Assembly (NCBI RefSeq): GCF_001194135.2
Contig: NC_068983.1
Coordinates: 139,321,620-139,367,617, forward strand
Reading direction: 5' to 3'
DNA length: 45,998 bases
Source of the DNA: Octopus bimaculoides
Lineage: Eukaryota
Part shown: piece by piece, positions 13,629 to 24,437 of the stretch
How positions within the stretch are numbered: position 1 is the first letter of the stretch
Layout of the letters: each line of letters opens with the position of its first letter
Translations under genes and position numbers: made by a program
The notes under the pieces: model-generated
The model's input: only the letters and a program-made list of their open reading frames with translations
What the model was told of the DNA's origin: nothing
The model's database searches: none

Positions 13629-16283
13629 TGCGCAGAAGCGTTCATGCCAATTGCAGAAATAATGCTGCAGATATATAAATGAAAATTATGCTTACAGCTG
13701 TAAATAAGTTTTCATTCACTAAAAATGAATAAACTTCATGTACATCCACATGAACAACAACAGTCAAATACGATTATAAAACATCCTGTATTTTTAATGA
13801 TAAATACCACACGAATAATTAGTACATAGACAAAAACCGCTTATTGAAAGTTGTTACTGAAGCAACTAGATCTATAAATTCAAAATACTTGCACTTATTC
13901 CTTCAGCTATTTCCACAGTGTAATGGAAGTCAAACAATGGTTTTGTCTTCCTCTTTAATAACACATGGTATAAAATAATTAGATTTAGACAGCTTTCGGT
14001 GCCAAACGAATTTCTGAAGCGTATGACATATTAAAAACAAAAATTGATCAGGATTGTAATATTCTGTTTGGGATTGCCTTCTTTCATTTTTTTTTTTGTA
14101 GATTTTCAATGCGATTATCGAGAAAAAAATGTACAAAGAAATATAATAGACTCACTAAAAAACAGAACGGAGTGGAAAATATTTTAAGAATGTATCAGTG
14201 ATGGAAATAATTGGCCATTACATGTAGTAAATGTTGAACAGGAAAAAAAATATTCACTTATCTTTCTGAAACCAAATTTTATAATTGCGCAAATGTATAG
14301 CTATAAGAAAGAAAGTAACGTAGAGAAATATAATTTGTTGAAGGACAGATAAGAATTGAACGAAACCTAGAAGAGAGTTTCAATATTTTACTTTTTAATT
14401 TATATCTGTGGATGTTGCAGTGAAACATATTCAATGTATTTAAGTGGAATAAAGATTAGAATATATAGCTATTTCGAGTATTAATGTAAACTATGGCATC
14501 TTCATAATTTCAGTATATTTAATATTTTTGAAAGATATTACATTTGGTTATGAGGGAAACATTAGAGGATTTACGAACATTTGGAATACGATCTGAAATA
14601 AACATGAACATAGTTATAGCGAGTACAGTTTATCATTTCTGCGTAACGTATGCATAATTGCATAGTTGTAGAGGTATGGTTTATATATATGAGTTGACAT
14701 GAAATGCAGATATGATTGTAAATAACTCAAAATTTAACCTAATCTCCCTCGCTCTCTCTCTCTTTCTCTCTCTGTCTCTGAACTACTGAACTATTTTAAC
14801 AATGGATATACGAACATAAATACATTCGCACACAAACACATATTTACACTGCATGTGTATATAATTGTGTGCGTGCGTGTGTGTGCGTGAGTGTGTGTGT
14901 ATATGCGTGTGTGTATGTATGTGTATCAATCTATGTAAGCAAAGTAAATGGCTCTTAAGTTGGTTCCCGCAATGATTATTTCAATTTTACATCAAATATA
15001 CATCACACTCATTGGATTATAGAGTGATTTAAAATAATCATTTGCAGAATCTAAGTGACAGTGTATGAAAAAGTTAGTCATTTGAATTACAAATATTGTT
15101 GCATTGTCAGGATTGTTTCCAGATTCCATTCACTTTATTTTCTGCACAACGCTTCGGTCAAAACACGCATATATGCGTACTTACATGTACCCATGCGTGC
15201 ATGTATACACGCATGTATATATATTAGCTTGGAGATAGTGAAGAAATGCAAAAAGTAAAAATTGGATTTTGTAAATGGAAAAAATGATTTATTCTGAAGA
15301 AAACGCTTATTTTCGTAGCATTACTTATCACATGCAAATTAAACACTAACTTGCCTCACTAACAATATATTTGGAAACATTAAAATTATTTGGTGCCAAT
15401 TAATCATCCTTAAGCTGGAGGTAAAAAATTGGCAGTGAAAAGCTACGGTATCAGATGGTAACTAAAAGAAGAATAAGAAGTAATTTGATCGAAATTAATT
15501 CACGGCTAACAGATATTTGGGAGGACAATCGATATTTATCACAAAGGATCCTTCACAGAAAGATACGGATTTACAATGGTAAAAAGTTTCGGGGTTTGGT
15601 AAAAGGAATTCAATCATGATATAGTGTAACAAGAAGAAAGCCGAAAGAAATATTATTATATTCCACTATTAGCAAACGACATTACTGACAAGCCACGGAG
15701 AATGTTTTTCAAAGTGTTCGGATAGGGAAGGCATCAAGAAGAAACTTCACTGGTATGTCCCTGTGTCAAAATCTTGAATTTGATTGGAGGTGTCTTGTCG
15801 AATGTTATAAGCAATCTTTTAGTAGAGGTATAAAAATAAGCAGCTAATCGGTGCTGATCGAATATAAAGTGTTACCCCAAATCAATAAAATACACAAATT
15901 CCGGGTTTTGCAGAAACTTTGGTATAAAATGCATATAACCTGTTTTAAAATCTTTGTGATAAAAAATATACCATCACATTTGAAGAAACAACTGGGAAAA
16001 AAATCTATGTTTGGGTATGTGCTGAACAGTTTTGGATTAAAATGTGCTTGTCAGAGTTTCGACCTCAATGTAGGAATTGGTTGCAGTACGACTGCATTAC
16101 AAGAAAGCATTGTAAGCTTACGCATGGGTACGAGCTTCATATATCGTATCATAATTCACGCAAAGCCATCATCCCGAATTGCTGTGATTATCACAAATAG
16201 AATATTGTATAGTAACGATGTATCTGAAGGCATCACTGTTCCAGTCATACAATTAACAATTTTAGTAAATACCTATCATTTAC

Positions 16284-16522
16284 ATTATTTACATTATTTA
16301 TATTTGACGGATATTCGTCCTCATCTTGTTTGTTGTTAACAAGGTTCCGAGTTCGATTCACGATAGGAATGAGAACCCAAGTTCGAAATTTCCCCAAGAC
16401 ACCTGACGAAGGCTGGAGGGTATATCAGCCGAAACGTTGTGTTAACAACAAACAAGATGAGGACGAATATCCGTCAAATGTAAATAATGTAAATAATTCC
16501 TCATCTCTTAAATATAGAACTG
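16284..16522 (+). mobile_element. Penelope-like element terminal repeat (pLTR) remnant in inverted configuration
   Basis: 57-bp inverted repeat, 16284-16340 vs 16441-16497 (56/57 complementary, mismatch at 16301), enclosing a hammerhead motif. Inverted pLTRs with hammerheads are a known PLE hallmark. Confidence 0.7.
16398..16443 (+). ncRNA. Minimal type I hammerhead ribozyme (Penelope-associated type)
   Basis: GACAC-CUGACGA-A-GGCUG(gaggguauau)CAGCC-GAAA-CG-UU-GUGUU. Helix I: 16398-16402 with 16439-16443 (4 Watson-Crick + 1 GU). Core CUGANGA at 16403-16409. Helix II: 16411-16415 with 16426-16430. GAAA at 16431-16434. Loopless palindromic helix III (ACGU). Predicted NUH cleavage after GUU at 16438. 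One extra A (16410) lies between the core and helix II. Confidence 0.7.
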
Positions 16523-17609
16523 TACCTATCATTTGTATTGAAAAAAATTGACGGAAAAGTTATCTTAAAGCTTATATGTAGAAAAATCGACCTAACTCAT
16601 CACTTTTTTCTATACAATCCAAAATTATATGTCTATATGAATGAAATGAAAATGATTTTTGTCCTGTTTAGATGGATATACGTTCTGATTTTAGAACATG
16701 AGAGAACTACACATATATCTAGACTCATTTCCTTCAATGGCATTAGCGGTAGATGAAAATATATCCTATGCCGTAATTTAAAAAGTTTGAAACAAAGAAT
16801 GAAATACAACACTATTATGAAAACATATGGACCTCAAATTTAATTCTCATAAAATAAATTAATAATTTACAATGGTTTTATTATACCGGTACTCAGCAAC
16901 ATTAATGTTATGTGATCGGATGCTTGGCAAGATTAGGGCTATTGAAGTTAAAGCACAGAAAATTTTAACCCAAATCGCTTCACCAGGCCTACTAACAAAA
17001 ATTGGTTCACTCGGTATGATTATTCTAAACTTCTAAACAACCAACATTATATAGAGACACACAAAAGATACACATAGAAACCAAATTATATTCTGAAAAT
17101 GATTCATATTCATTACGCTTTGACAACAAGTCATTTATCATCAAGTAGAGCAGTTCAGTTTACTGTACAGCAAATTGGAATTTTTACGCAGTGACTTCTA
17201 CCTAGTCCGTCCAATGAAGGACATTCTTAGATGAAAAATATTTGAAAGCATTGGCGAGCTGAACGTGGCTAAGAAAAAATGGGTACAACACTGACCCGCT
17301 CTAATGTATCACTCTTGCTTCCCATCACAATGCTTAATAACTTTACATAGAAGAACATACGCAATTTAAGCAGCCTGTATCATTCATTGAACAATTTATA
17401 ATCATTTCTGCATTTTTCGGCTTTATACTCGTATATATGTGTATGAATATATGAGTATACATGCTTATATGTGTGTTAAAATTTATTTAAGAAAACTACT
17501 TTGCGTGTGGACAGCTGTAAGTTATCTTTTCTGTGAAGAACCAAAAATTCTTATAACACATTTTTAAAAAGTTGCACTGTGCCCGGCAACTGATAAACTT
17601 AACTGATCA

Positions 17610-18745
17610 GAAAAAAATCATCAGTTTGATTTCTCGGTTGAGTACATCGTATTCCTCTCAAAGAAATCTATAAAATGTATGTAGGAGAAATTGAATGATC
17701 ACATAAGATTGAGGTAGCGTAAAAGTTCTTGAACAATGTTTAGCAAAGATAGAGAAGCATTTAAAGAGGATCGTTTAAACATCTTCAAATCAATCAAATT
17801 TTCGTAAAATGCCCAAGAGCTTTCAAATAAGTTCTAAGAACATTTTACCGTCGCTATGGAAATCTAATATAACGCATGTACCTTCTGATAGAACAAGGAA
17901 CTTTATAGTTCAGATGTTAAAATTTATAAAAGGGTTTTATTGAATAATACAATGAACATTTATAGAAAGTCAAAAACGATGCTAAGCTTGTAAGTCAATA
18001 AATTTAGAAACCAAAGATATATCTGCAAAACTAAAAGAAAGACTGTCTACAGGACGATTCGCTTTCATAAGACCTAAAGAACATAAACATTTTAAGAGTA
18101 ACTTTACGTGTAGATAAATACCCATCAATGAGAGGGTTATTAAACCAGTGTTATATATAGTTAGAATTATATTTGAGAAAATAATTTTCAGAGTAAAAGC
18201 AGTGTTTTCCCCTAAAGATTTCTTGCAATACATTAAAGATGCTAAAAGGAGAAATTCATGTACATACACAGGCTATAATATCACCCGGCCATCCTCTTCG
18301 TTATCCTCCAAGAATGTTACATTTATTGGAGCACGTCGGTATTATACGAAGCGCTCAGAAATAGTAGATTCGCCGATAAGAAATGTAAAAATGCTGAAAA
18401 CGATAAGCGTACGATTAATAATACATTAAAGGAATAATTTAATGGGTAATCTATTTCTTAATCTTGCAGTAATGATTAATATAGCAAAGGAATTCTATAA
18501 TTTCATTGATGACCATTTTCTGTCGGCACATGAGGATAGAAAGGCATGAAATAGGAAGAATATTAAGGTTAATCATTAAGATTATATAAATATAGTTCGT
18601 TATATTAGTGATTAGAATGATGCACAGTGCAATGAAACAGTGAAGATAGATTTTAACCAATTTCAAACATGCAGCTGTAGATACTGTGAAAATTGCCCAC
18701 CAGCTGTTCATTGTATATTCTGAGTGGAAGCATTAATTTATAAAC
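17610..18745 (+). mobile_element. Decayed Penelope-like retroelement ORF (RT N-terminus, thumb/linker, Cys-rich finger, start of GIY-YIG); RT core missing
   Basis: Manual translation with frameshifts: FKEDRLNIFKSIKF/RKMPKSFQ (17760-17826); HVPSDRTRN/LYSSDVKIYKRVLLNN (17875-17948); INLETKDISAKLKERLSTGRFAFIRPKEHKHFKSNFTCR*IP (to 18123; cf. PLE FITLKDHKPNF..NP.CRLINP); ITRPSSSLSSKNVTFIGARRYY/EALRNSRF (18280-18371); NIAKEFYNFIDDHFLSAHEDRKA*NRKNIKV (18478-18570); TCSCRYCENCPPAVHCIF*VEALIYK (18667-18744). The motifs are collinear with invertebrate PLE polyproteins as I remember them. Confidence 0.75.
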
Positions 18746-18777
18746 TCTGATGAAAAAAATGCTTGAAAATTTTGTCA

Positions 18778-18930
18778 ACATTTATTTAGTTTTCGTCTGT
18801 CTTTACTACCTGAGGTCAAATGCTTCCGAGATCCACTTTGCCTTTCATCTCCTTCGAAGTCGATGTAATCGACTTGCCACCTCCTTCGACATAGCTGATC
18901 GTGTGGGAATATGTGCAAACAATATTTGTA
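18778..18930 (+). mobile_element. SINE family A, partial
   Basis: TTCGTCTGTCTTTAC..TGAGGTCAAATGCTTCCGAGATCCACTTTGCCTTTCATCTCCTTCGAAGTCGAT; terminates the PLE remnant. Confidence 0.65.
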
Positions 18931-19374
18931 GTGTTCTAACGTGAGTCAAGGTATCGTATGTTCTAAATAAAAATAGAAAAAGCTTTTTTTTGGAAATCAA
19001 TTACAGTGAGTTTTAAAATGTTTAAACAGTAACAGGATTTCATAAGAGATTTAGAGTGTCTTTCCTTCTAAAAGATTTGATTCTGCACCTTTGAGATGTT
19101 TAGCTCTATTTCACATTCCCACAAGAGCTATAAAGGAACTGAAAGAATGTGAAAATGAAAGAACAGTTTTTTTCTGCTTTTTTTTTTTGTTTTTCCCAAC
19201 TACCGTTCACAAGAGTTTTGCATAAAATTTAAAAGTATGGTCAAAGATCCGAAGGTCAGAGAAGCAGTATCCTTATATTTTCTGTTGAGAAAGTGGTGAA
19301 CTTAAATTTGAAGTACAGCAATTTTAAAGAGATTTAGTAGAGATTGAATAAAAAATACTTAACTGGTACTCACT

Positions 19375-19693
19375 CAATGCGTTGGTTATGACGACAAAGG
19401 TGCCGGTGGTTCCAATCAACAGAACAGCCGGGGCATGAAATTAACGCGCAAATTGCTGAGCACTCCACAACCACATGTACCTTTAACGTAGTTCTGAGGG
19501 AGGTTCGCCGTGACATAATCTCAAAAGACGAGTCATTTGCAATACAGGTTCTACACATTTTTGCCAGCTAAGGGGACTGGAGCAATGTGAAATATAGTGT
19601 CTTGCTGAATGACACAACGCGTTTCCAGGAATTGAATTCATGACCTTACGATCGTGATTTGAATACCCTAACCACTAAACCACACGTCTTCAC
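19375..19693 (-). mobile_element. SINE family C (tRNA head + GTGTC..AGCAAGACACT CORE-like box), near full length
   Basis: Minus-strand head GTGAAGACGTGTGGTTTAGTGGTTAGGGTATTC...GTCATGAATTCAATTCC, then TGTGTCATTCAGCAAGACACT and a body ending ...GTCGTCATAACCAAC. Confidence 0.8.
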
Positions 19694-20880
19694 AATAAAG
19701 GATAGTAAACTTTTATTAACTAAGTTTTGTTATGTACATATTTATGTACATATTTATATGTATCTATTANNNNNNNNNNNNNNNNNNNNNNNNNNNNNNN
19801 NNNNNNNNNNNNNNNNNNNNNNNNNNNNNNNNNNNNNNNNNNNNNNNNNNNNNNNNNNNNNNNNNNNNNNNNNNNNNNNNNNNNNNNNNNNNNNNNNNNN
19901 NNNNNNNNNNNNNNNNNNNNNNNNNNNNNNNNNNNNNNNNNNNNNNNNNNNNNNNNNNNNNNNNNNNNNNNNNNNNNNNNNNNNNNNNNNNNNNNNNNNN
20001 NNNNNNNNNNNNNNNNNNNNNNNNNNNNNNNNNNNNNNNNNNNNNNNNNNNNNNNNNNNNNNNNNNNNNNNNNNNNNNNNNNNNNNNNNNNNNNNNNNNN
20101 NNNNNNNNNNNNNNNNNNNNNNNNNNNNNNNNNNNNNNNNNNNNNNNNNNNNNNNNNNNNNNNNNNNNNNNNNNNNNNNNNNNNNNNNNNNNNNNNNNNN
20201 NNNNNNNNNNNNNNNNNNNNNNNNNNNNNNNNNNNNNNNNNNNNNNNNNNNNNNNNNNNNNNNNNNNNNNNNNNNNNNNNNNNNNNNNNNNNNNNNNNNN
20301 NNNNNNNNNNNNNNNNNNNNNNNNNNNNNNNNNNNNNNNNNNNNNNNNNNTCTTTACACGAAGCACAAACACACATATGTAAGGCAGAATTTAATCGTCA
20401 CTAACAACAAGTGAGAGCACCATATCGGTCGGCTGATTTGGGATATAATTAATCGTCAAACTTGACGCTACTCCGTTGCTAATGAATCAGCTGTGATCCC
20501 TGTCAATACATACCATAGAAATCAATGGCTTATTCAGTAAAATGGTAATGTGCTATTTATAAAATTATCAAGGTGGTTAGACGCAAATTAAAGTCAAAAG
20601 GCAGAATTGAAACGTCATCAAAAGTGACTAGGATGCAATTGTGCACTAACATTGCTAGAAATAGATGTATAGGAACTCTTATCCACAAAGAGAGCATAGT
20701 TTCTATTCACTGGCAAGGATGACAACTTCCCACAACAAGCAAAAGCGCCACAAAGGCCGTCCGATTTCGGATAGAATTAATCCAACTAGGTAACGCTACT
20801 TCATTGATGGTGGGTAAGCAGAGATCCCTGTTAGTACATCTAGAAACAGGGCTGTTATTTCTAGCAATGTCTAGCAATGT

Positions 20881-20943
<63 letters not shown>

Positions 20944-20964
20944 ATCTAAATATATTATTTAAAT

Positions 20965-21423
20965 GAATTCTGAATACACGAGCACCACACACATATATAG
21001 CTCCAAAATCGAACCAGATACTTTTGACTGTAACGAAGACCCAACCAGTCCTACTAACATTAACCAGAATGCTAGTACCCTCACGTCCACCACAAATGCA
21101 GATAGGATATATAACAACGTTAGAATTAATAATTATAATAAGGTAATTTACTAAGCTCTAAAGTAATTTACAAATGCACCATCCTCAACAGGTTACAAAA
21201 TTCCAAAAGTATATATAAAGGTCAAACCATAAGTTTTAAACAGAGTTACTCTGCACATCTCAATTCTTTTGGGTATGAGAATCATAGGAAATCCATGCCA
21301 CTCACCAGTGACATACATCATCTTAAAAATAAGAATATTCCAATTGATTAAGTGCTTCCATACTAGGGTGAACGCTCAGCCTGTAAGTTGTGCCTGAAAG
21401 AGGCATTCCATATATTGTTTTCT
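20965..21423 (+). mobile_element. Penelope-like element GIY-YIG endonuclease remnant
   Basis: One frame from 21160: KVIYKCTILNRLQNSKSIYKGQTISFKQSYSAHLNSFGYENHRKSMPLTSDIHHLKNKNIPID*VLPY*GERSACKLCLKEAFHILFS. This gives VIY..YKG (GIY-YIG), the FK.RY..H..SF helix and the C-x-LCL-x-E motif of PLE endonucleases. It is preceded by a Thr/Asn-rich linker-like stretch and cut by a SINE at about 21424. Confidence 0.72.
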
Positions 21424-21550
21424 ATTCACGGCCCGAAATTTTGGGGGAATGGGACAGTCGATTGGATCGACCCCATTACGCAACTGGTACTTAATTTATC
21501 GACCCCGAAAGAATGAAAGGCAAAGTCAACCTCAGAAGAATTTGAACTCA
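21421..21550 (-). mobile_element. SINE family A, 5'-truncated, reverse
   Basis: GGCCCGAAATTTTGGGGG...CAACTGGTACTTAATTTATCGACCCCGAAAGAATGAAAGGCAAAGTCAACCTC...TTTGAACTCAGAACG; close to the 36441 copy. Confidence 0.85.
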
Positions 21551-21995
21551 GAACGTAAAATCTGCTTGTTACAGCAACACATAGGGAAACCAAAACTCAA
21601 AACGAACTTAAAAAACACATTTTTCCGAGAAGAGAGCATTATTGGGTGGCCATTATGTTTACAGTGTTGAAAAAAAAATTGTTAGCATGGACTTTCTCAA
21701 TGGCATGCGAGAGGTAGACAGAATTCAAAATGTGCGGATTGGCAAAGAGATGAAGGCATATTATGAAGGAACGTCAAAACATACTTCTATGGAAGCCATT
21801 TAAGCATTTCATTGTGGCCTTTTAGCTATACTTAGAATATCGTTCCGCGTTTTCATACGGCATATCATATTTATAGTTTGTGCAAGTTATTGATGCTACA
21901 CAGTTGTAAGACCTGCCTTTTATCCTTTTGGGGTCCATAAAACGATATAATCGATTAATCTACTCTCACCAAAATTGCTCAGATTTTGCCAATTG

Positions 21996-22610
21996 GGGAG
22001 ACGCAGAATCGTCAGCTTCTCAGAATAGCATAATTTCTTCTGGCTCTTTCGGTTTAATAAAATAAGTAGCACTCAATCACTAAACCGGTGCGATCGACTT
22101 ACCTGCTTCCTCTAAAATTGCTGGCCTTGTTCCAAAATTTGAAACTGTTATTATTTGTAGTATTACGAAGGCGTTGAAATGTCAGCACTCCCTCGCAACA
22201 TTTCTTTCGGCTGAGTTCAAATTTCGTCAAAGTATACTTTGCTTTTCATTTTTTAGGGGTCGATGAAATATATGCCTGTTGAGCAGTAGATCAACTTGTC
22301 CCATTCTTTCAAATTTTTAGACTTTATGGCTATAATAGAATTATTATTCTCATAAAAAAATGAGGGAGGCTGACAGAATCGTTAGCACTTTGGACAAAAT
22401 GATTAGCGGCATTTCTTCTGTATCCCTACGTTCTGAGCTCAAATCGCACCGAGGTACACTGTCTTCTATTCGGAGTCGATAATACAGAATATAAGTGAGT
22501 ACTGGAGTCAATGTAATCGATTAGTCCTAACCCTTAAATTTGTGCCACTAAATTTGGAAGAGTCGTTATCGCGTTAGACAAAATGCTTAACTGCATTTCT
22601 TTTGTCTTTT
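21996..22610 (+). mobile_element. Head-to-tail cluster of three family A SINEs plus a fourth partial head
   Basis: Heads at about 21996 (GGGGAGACGCAGAATCGTCAGC), 22168, 22362 (GGGAGGCTGACAGAATCGTTAGCAC) and 22561. The first three carry a degenerate GATAAAATAAGTA core and an AAAATT..GGCCTT-like tail. Confidence 0.65.
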
Positions 22611-22611
22611 T

Positions 22612-22679
22612 ATCATCTGACATTTGATCATCTGACATTTTATCATCTGACATTTTATCATCTGACATTTTATCATCTG
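22612..22679. repeat. 15-bp minisatellite (ATCATCTGACATTTT) x ~4.5
   Basis: ATCATCTG recurs at 22612, 22627, 22642, 22657 and 22672. Confidence 0.95.
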
Positions 22680-24366
22680 TGTCATATATAGAACTCTAAG
22701 TACGTGTTTACATCAAATTTCTGTAGTAGGACATTTATACTGAGAAATTCACACGGAAAAACGTCATGTATAGATCTGAAATTTCAGTATTTTACAATAT
22801 TCTTGTAATCCTCTAAATAGGTGTGCATCTAGTGGGCAACCAAATAGGTGTGTGTATTATTAAATATGAGTTTTAATAAAAATTTTAATAAGTGTATTTG
22901 TACAGGTAACTAGAACCGTAATCTTCATCAAGAATTCTCGCCTAACCTCAACTTATAAGAGTTTTTATATGTAATTGTGGCTGCTACAAATTTTGGCGAA
23001 CGTCATAAAAAACATTTTTGAATTCACTTCGAGGTTACATATAAATACTTTTAAGATGTTCAAGAAAAGATCCTGGATGAAACCTCACGTGATTCAGTAT
23101 ATTTGTGGTAGTACGTGAACATTTGCACGTAATCGGATGTGTGTAATTATAGCACTTGCTAAATTTCTTTCAATAATTACAGCTGTTCTAACAATTATCA
23201 AGATCCTGAAGCGATCGGTTAATAATTTATTTCTTTTCTTCTTTTCATTAATTCTACCGAGCATTCTATTCAATGCATGTGTCACTTAATTGAAGTCTAT
23301 ACAACAATGAATGTTGCTCAGTGCATTCAAATGAAAAATTACACCGGTTTTGACGTACAATATATTAGTTGCCCTAACGCATCCTTACAATACACAGAAA
23401 CGAGCAAATGAGTGAATGTATATACAATGGCTTACCCATTAGAAAAAGTAGTAGATCTCCTTCAAGTCATATGATAGCCATATTAAAATCAGCATGACTG
23501 ACGTGATAATGTAGTGCTCCATAGAATATGGGAAAACAGGATGGGTTTTAAGGGTAGGACGAGCTGACCTAATGTTACTAGGGCAGCTCGTCGTTAAAAA
23601 GTGAACACATTTTTTCCTTTGCTTGTAGACGAAAGTAATTTAAACCCTGTTTATACGGCAGAACCTTCCCATATTTAAAATTCTTGGAAGAGTTTTCTAT
23701 GGTTTTCTGTTAATATACTCCGACTAACTGAATATTGCATCCTTTAATGATTATTCTACGACGTAGTAGAGATTATACTGCCACACATGGATCTTTAACA
23801 TTTTCGATCTTTCTAGCTTTAGTTGGCTAATTGATGCGAAATGATATACGAGGTAAGTTATTTTGAATTCTGTCAGTGTATGGCATATGAAAATTACTCT
23901 CGAATGGTGACCAAGCGGGCAGTAAAAGATTGACTATTTTCTATTCCAAACGTGATTATTTTGAATACGTAATTACATATTCGATAGAATCTGTAGAATT
24001 AACATTATATCATATGAAAATTCTTACATTAATAATACGATTTTGTAGCACATATTGTGGACGCCCTTACATGTGTGTCTGTTATTAATATATTCGATGC
24101 GTTTTAAAAAATTCTAATCCCGACAAATCACGCACTGAAAAACTAGATTTTCCTCCAAAATAACAACGTCACGTTTTCACGTTTAGTGGTCCATGAGAAA
24201 ACCAGGTTTATGTAACTTATCTAAAGAGGAAATCAGAATTCATATGTTATATTCCATATGGTGTTCGAAATAATCAGTCGTGCTGAGAGCAAAAGGGCAA
24301 AGCGAAGGATTCAGACAGATGTTACAGATTCTGGTTGAGAAATATTGATAATTTTTCATGTCCGTA

Positions 24367-24369
<3 letters not shown>

Positions 24370-24401
<32 letters not shown>

Positions 24402-24437
24402 TGTATGTATGTATATATATATATATATATATATATA
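24370..24437. repeat. (TATG)n(TA)n microsatellite
   Basis: Direct reading. Confidence 0.95.

Noticed and set aside
15851-16100. LKCACQSFDLNVGI resembling the Tc1 WPSQSPDLNPIE motif
   Set aside because: Only a weak single-motif match; no TIR or DDE residues confirmed.
18547-18723. In-frame TGA codons in the PLE remnant as possible selenocysteine (reported for some Naiad PLEs)
   Set aside because: TAA and TAG stops and frameshifts occur in the same region, and the TGAs are not at evident Cys positions; ordinary decay explains them.
22612-22679. Short direct repeats as a CRISPR-like array
   Set aside because: Contiguous units without spacers in eukaryotic DNA; it is a minisatellite.
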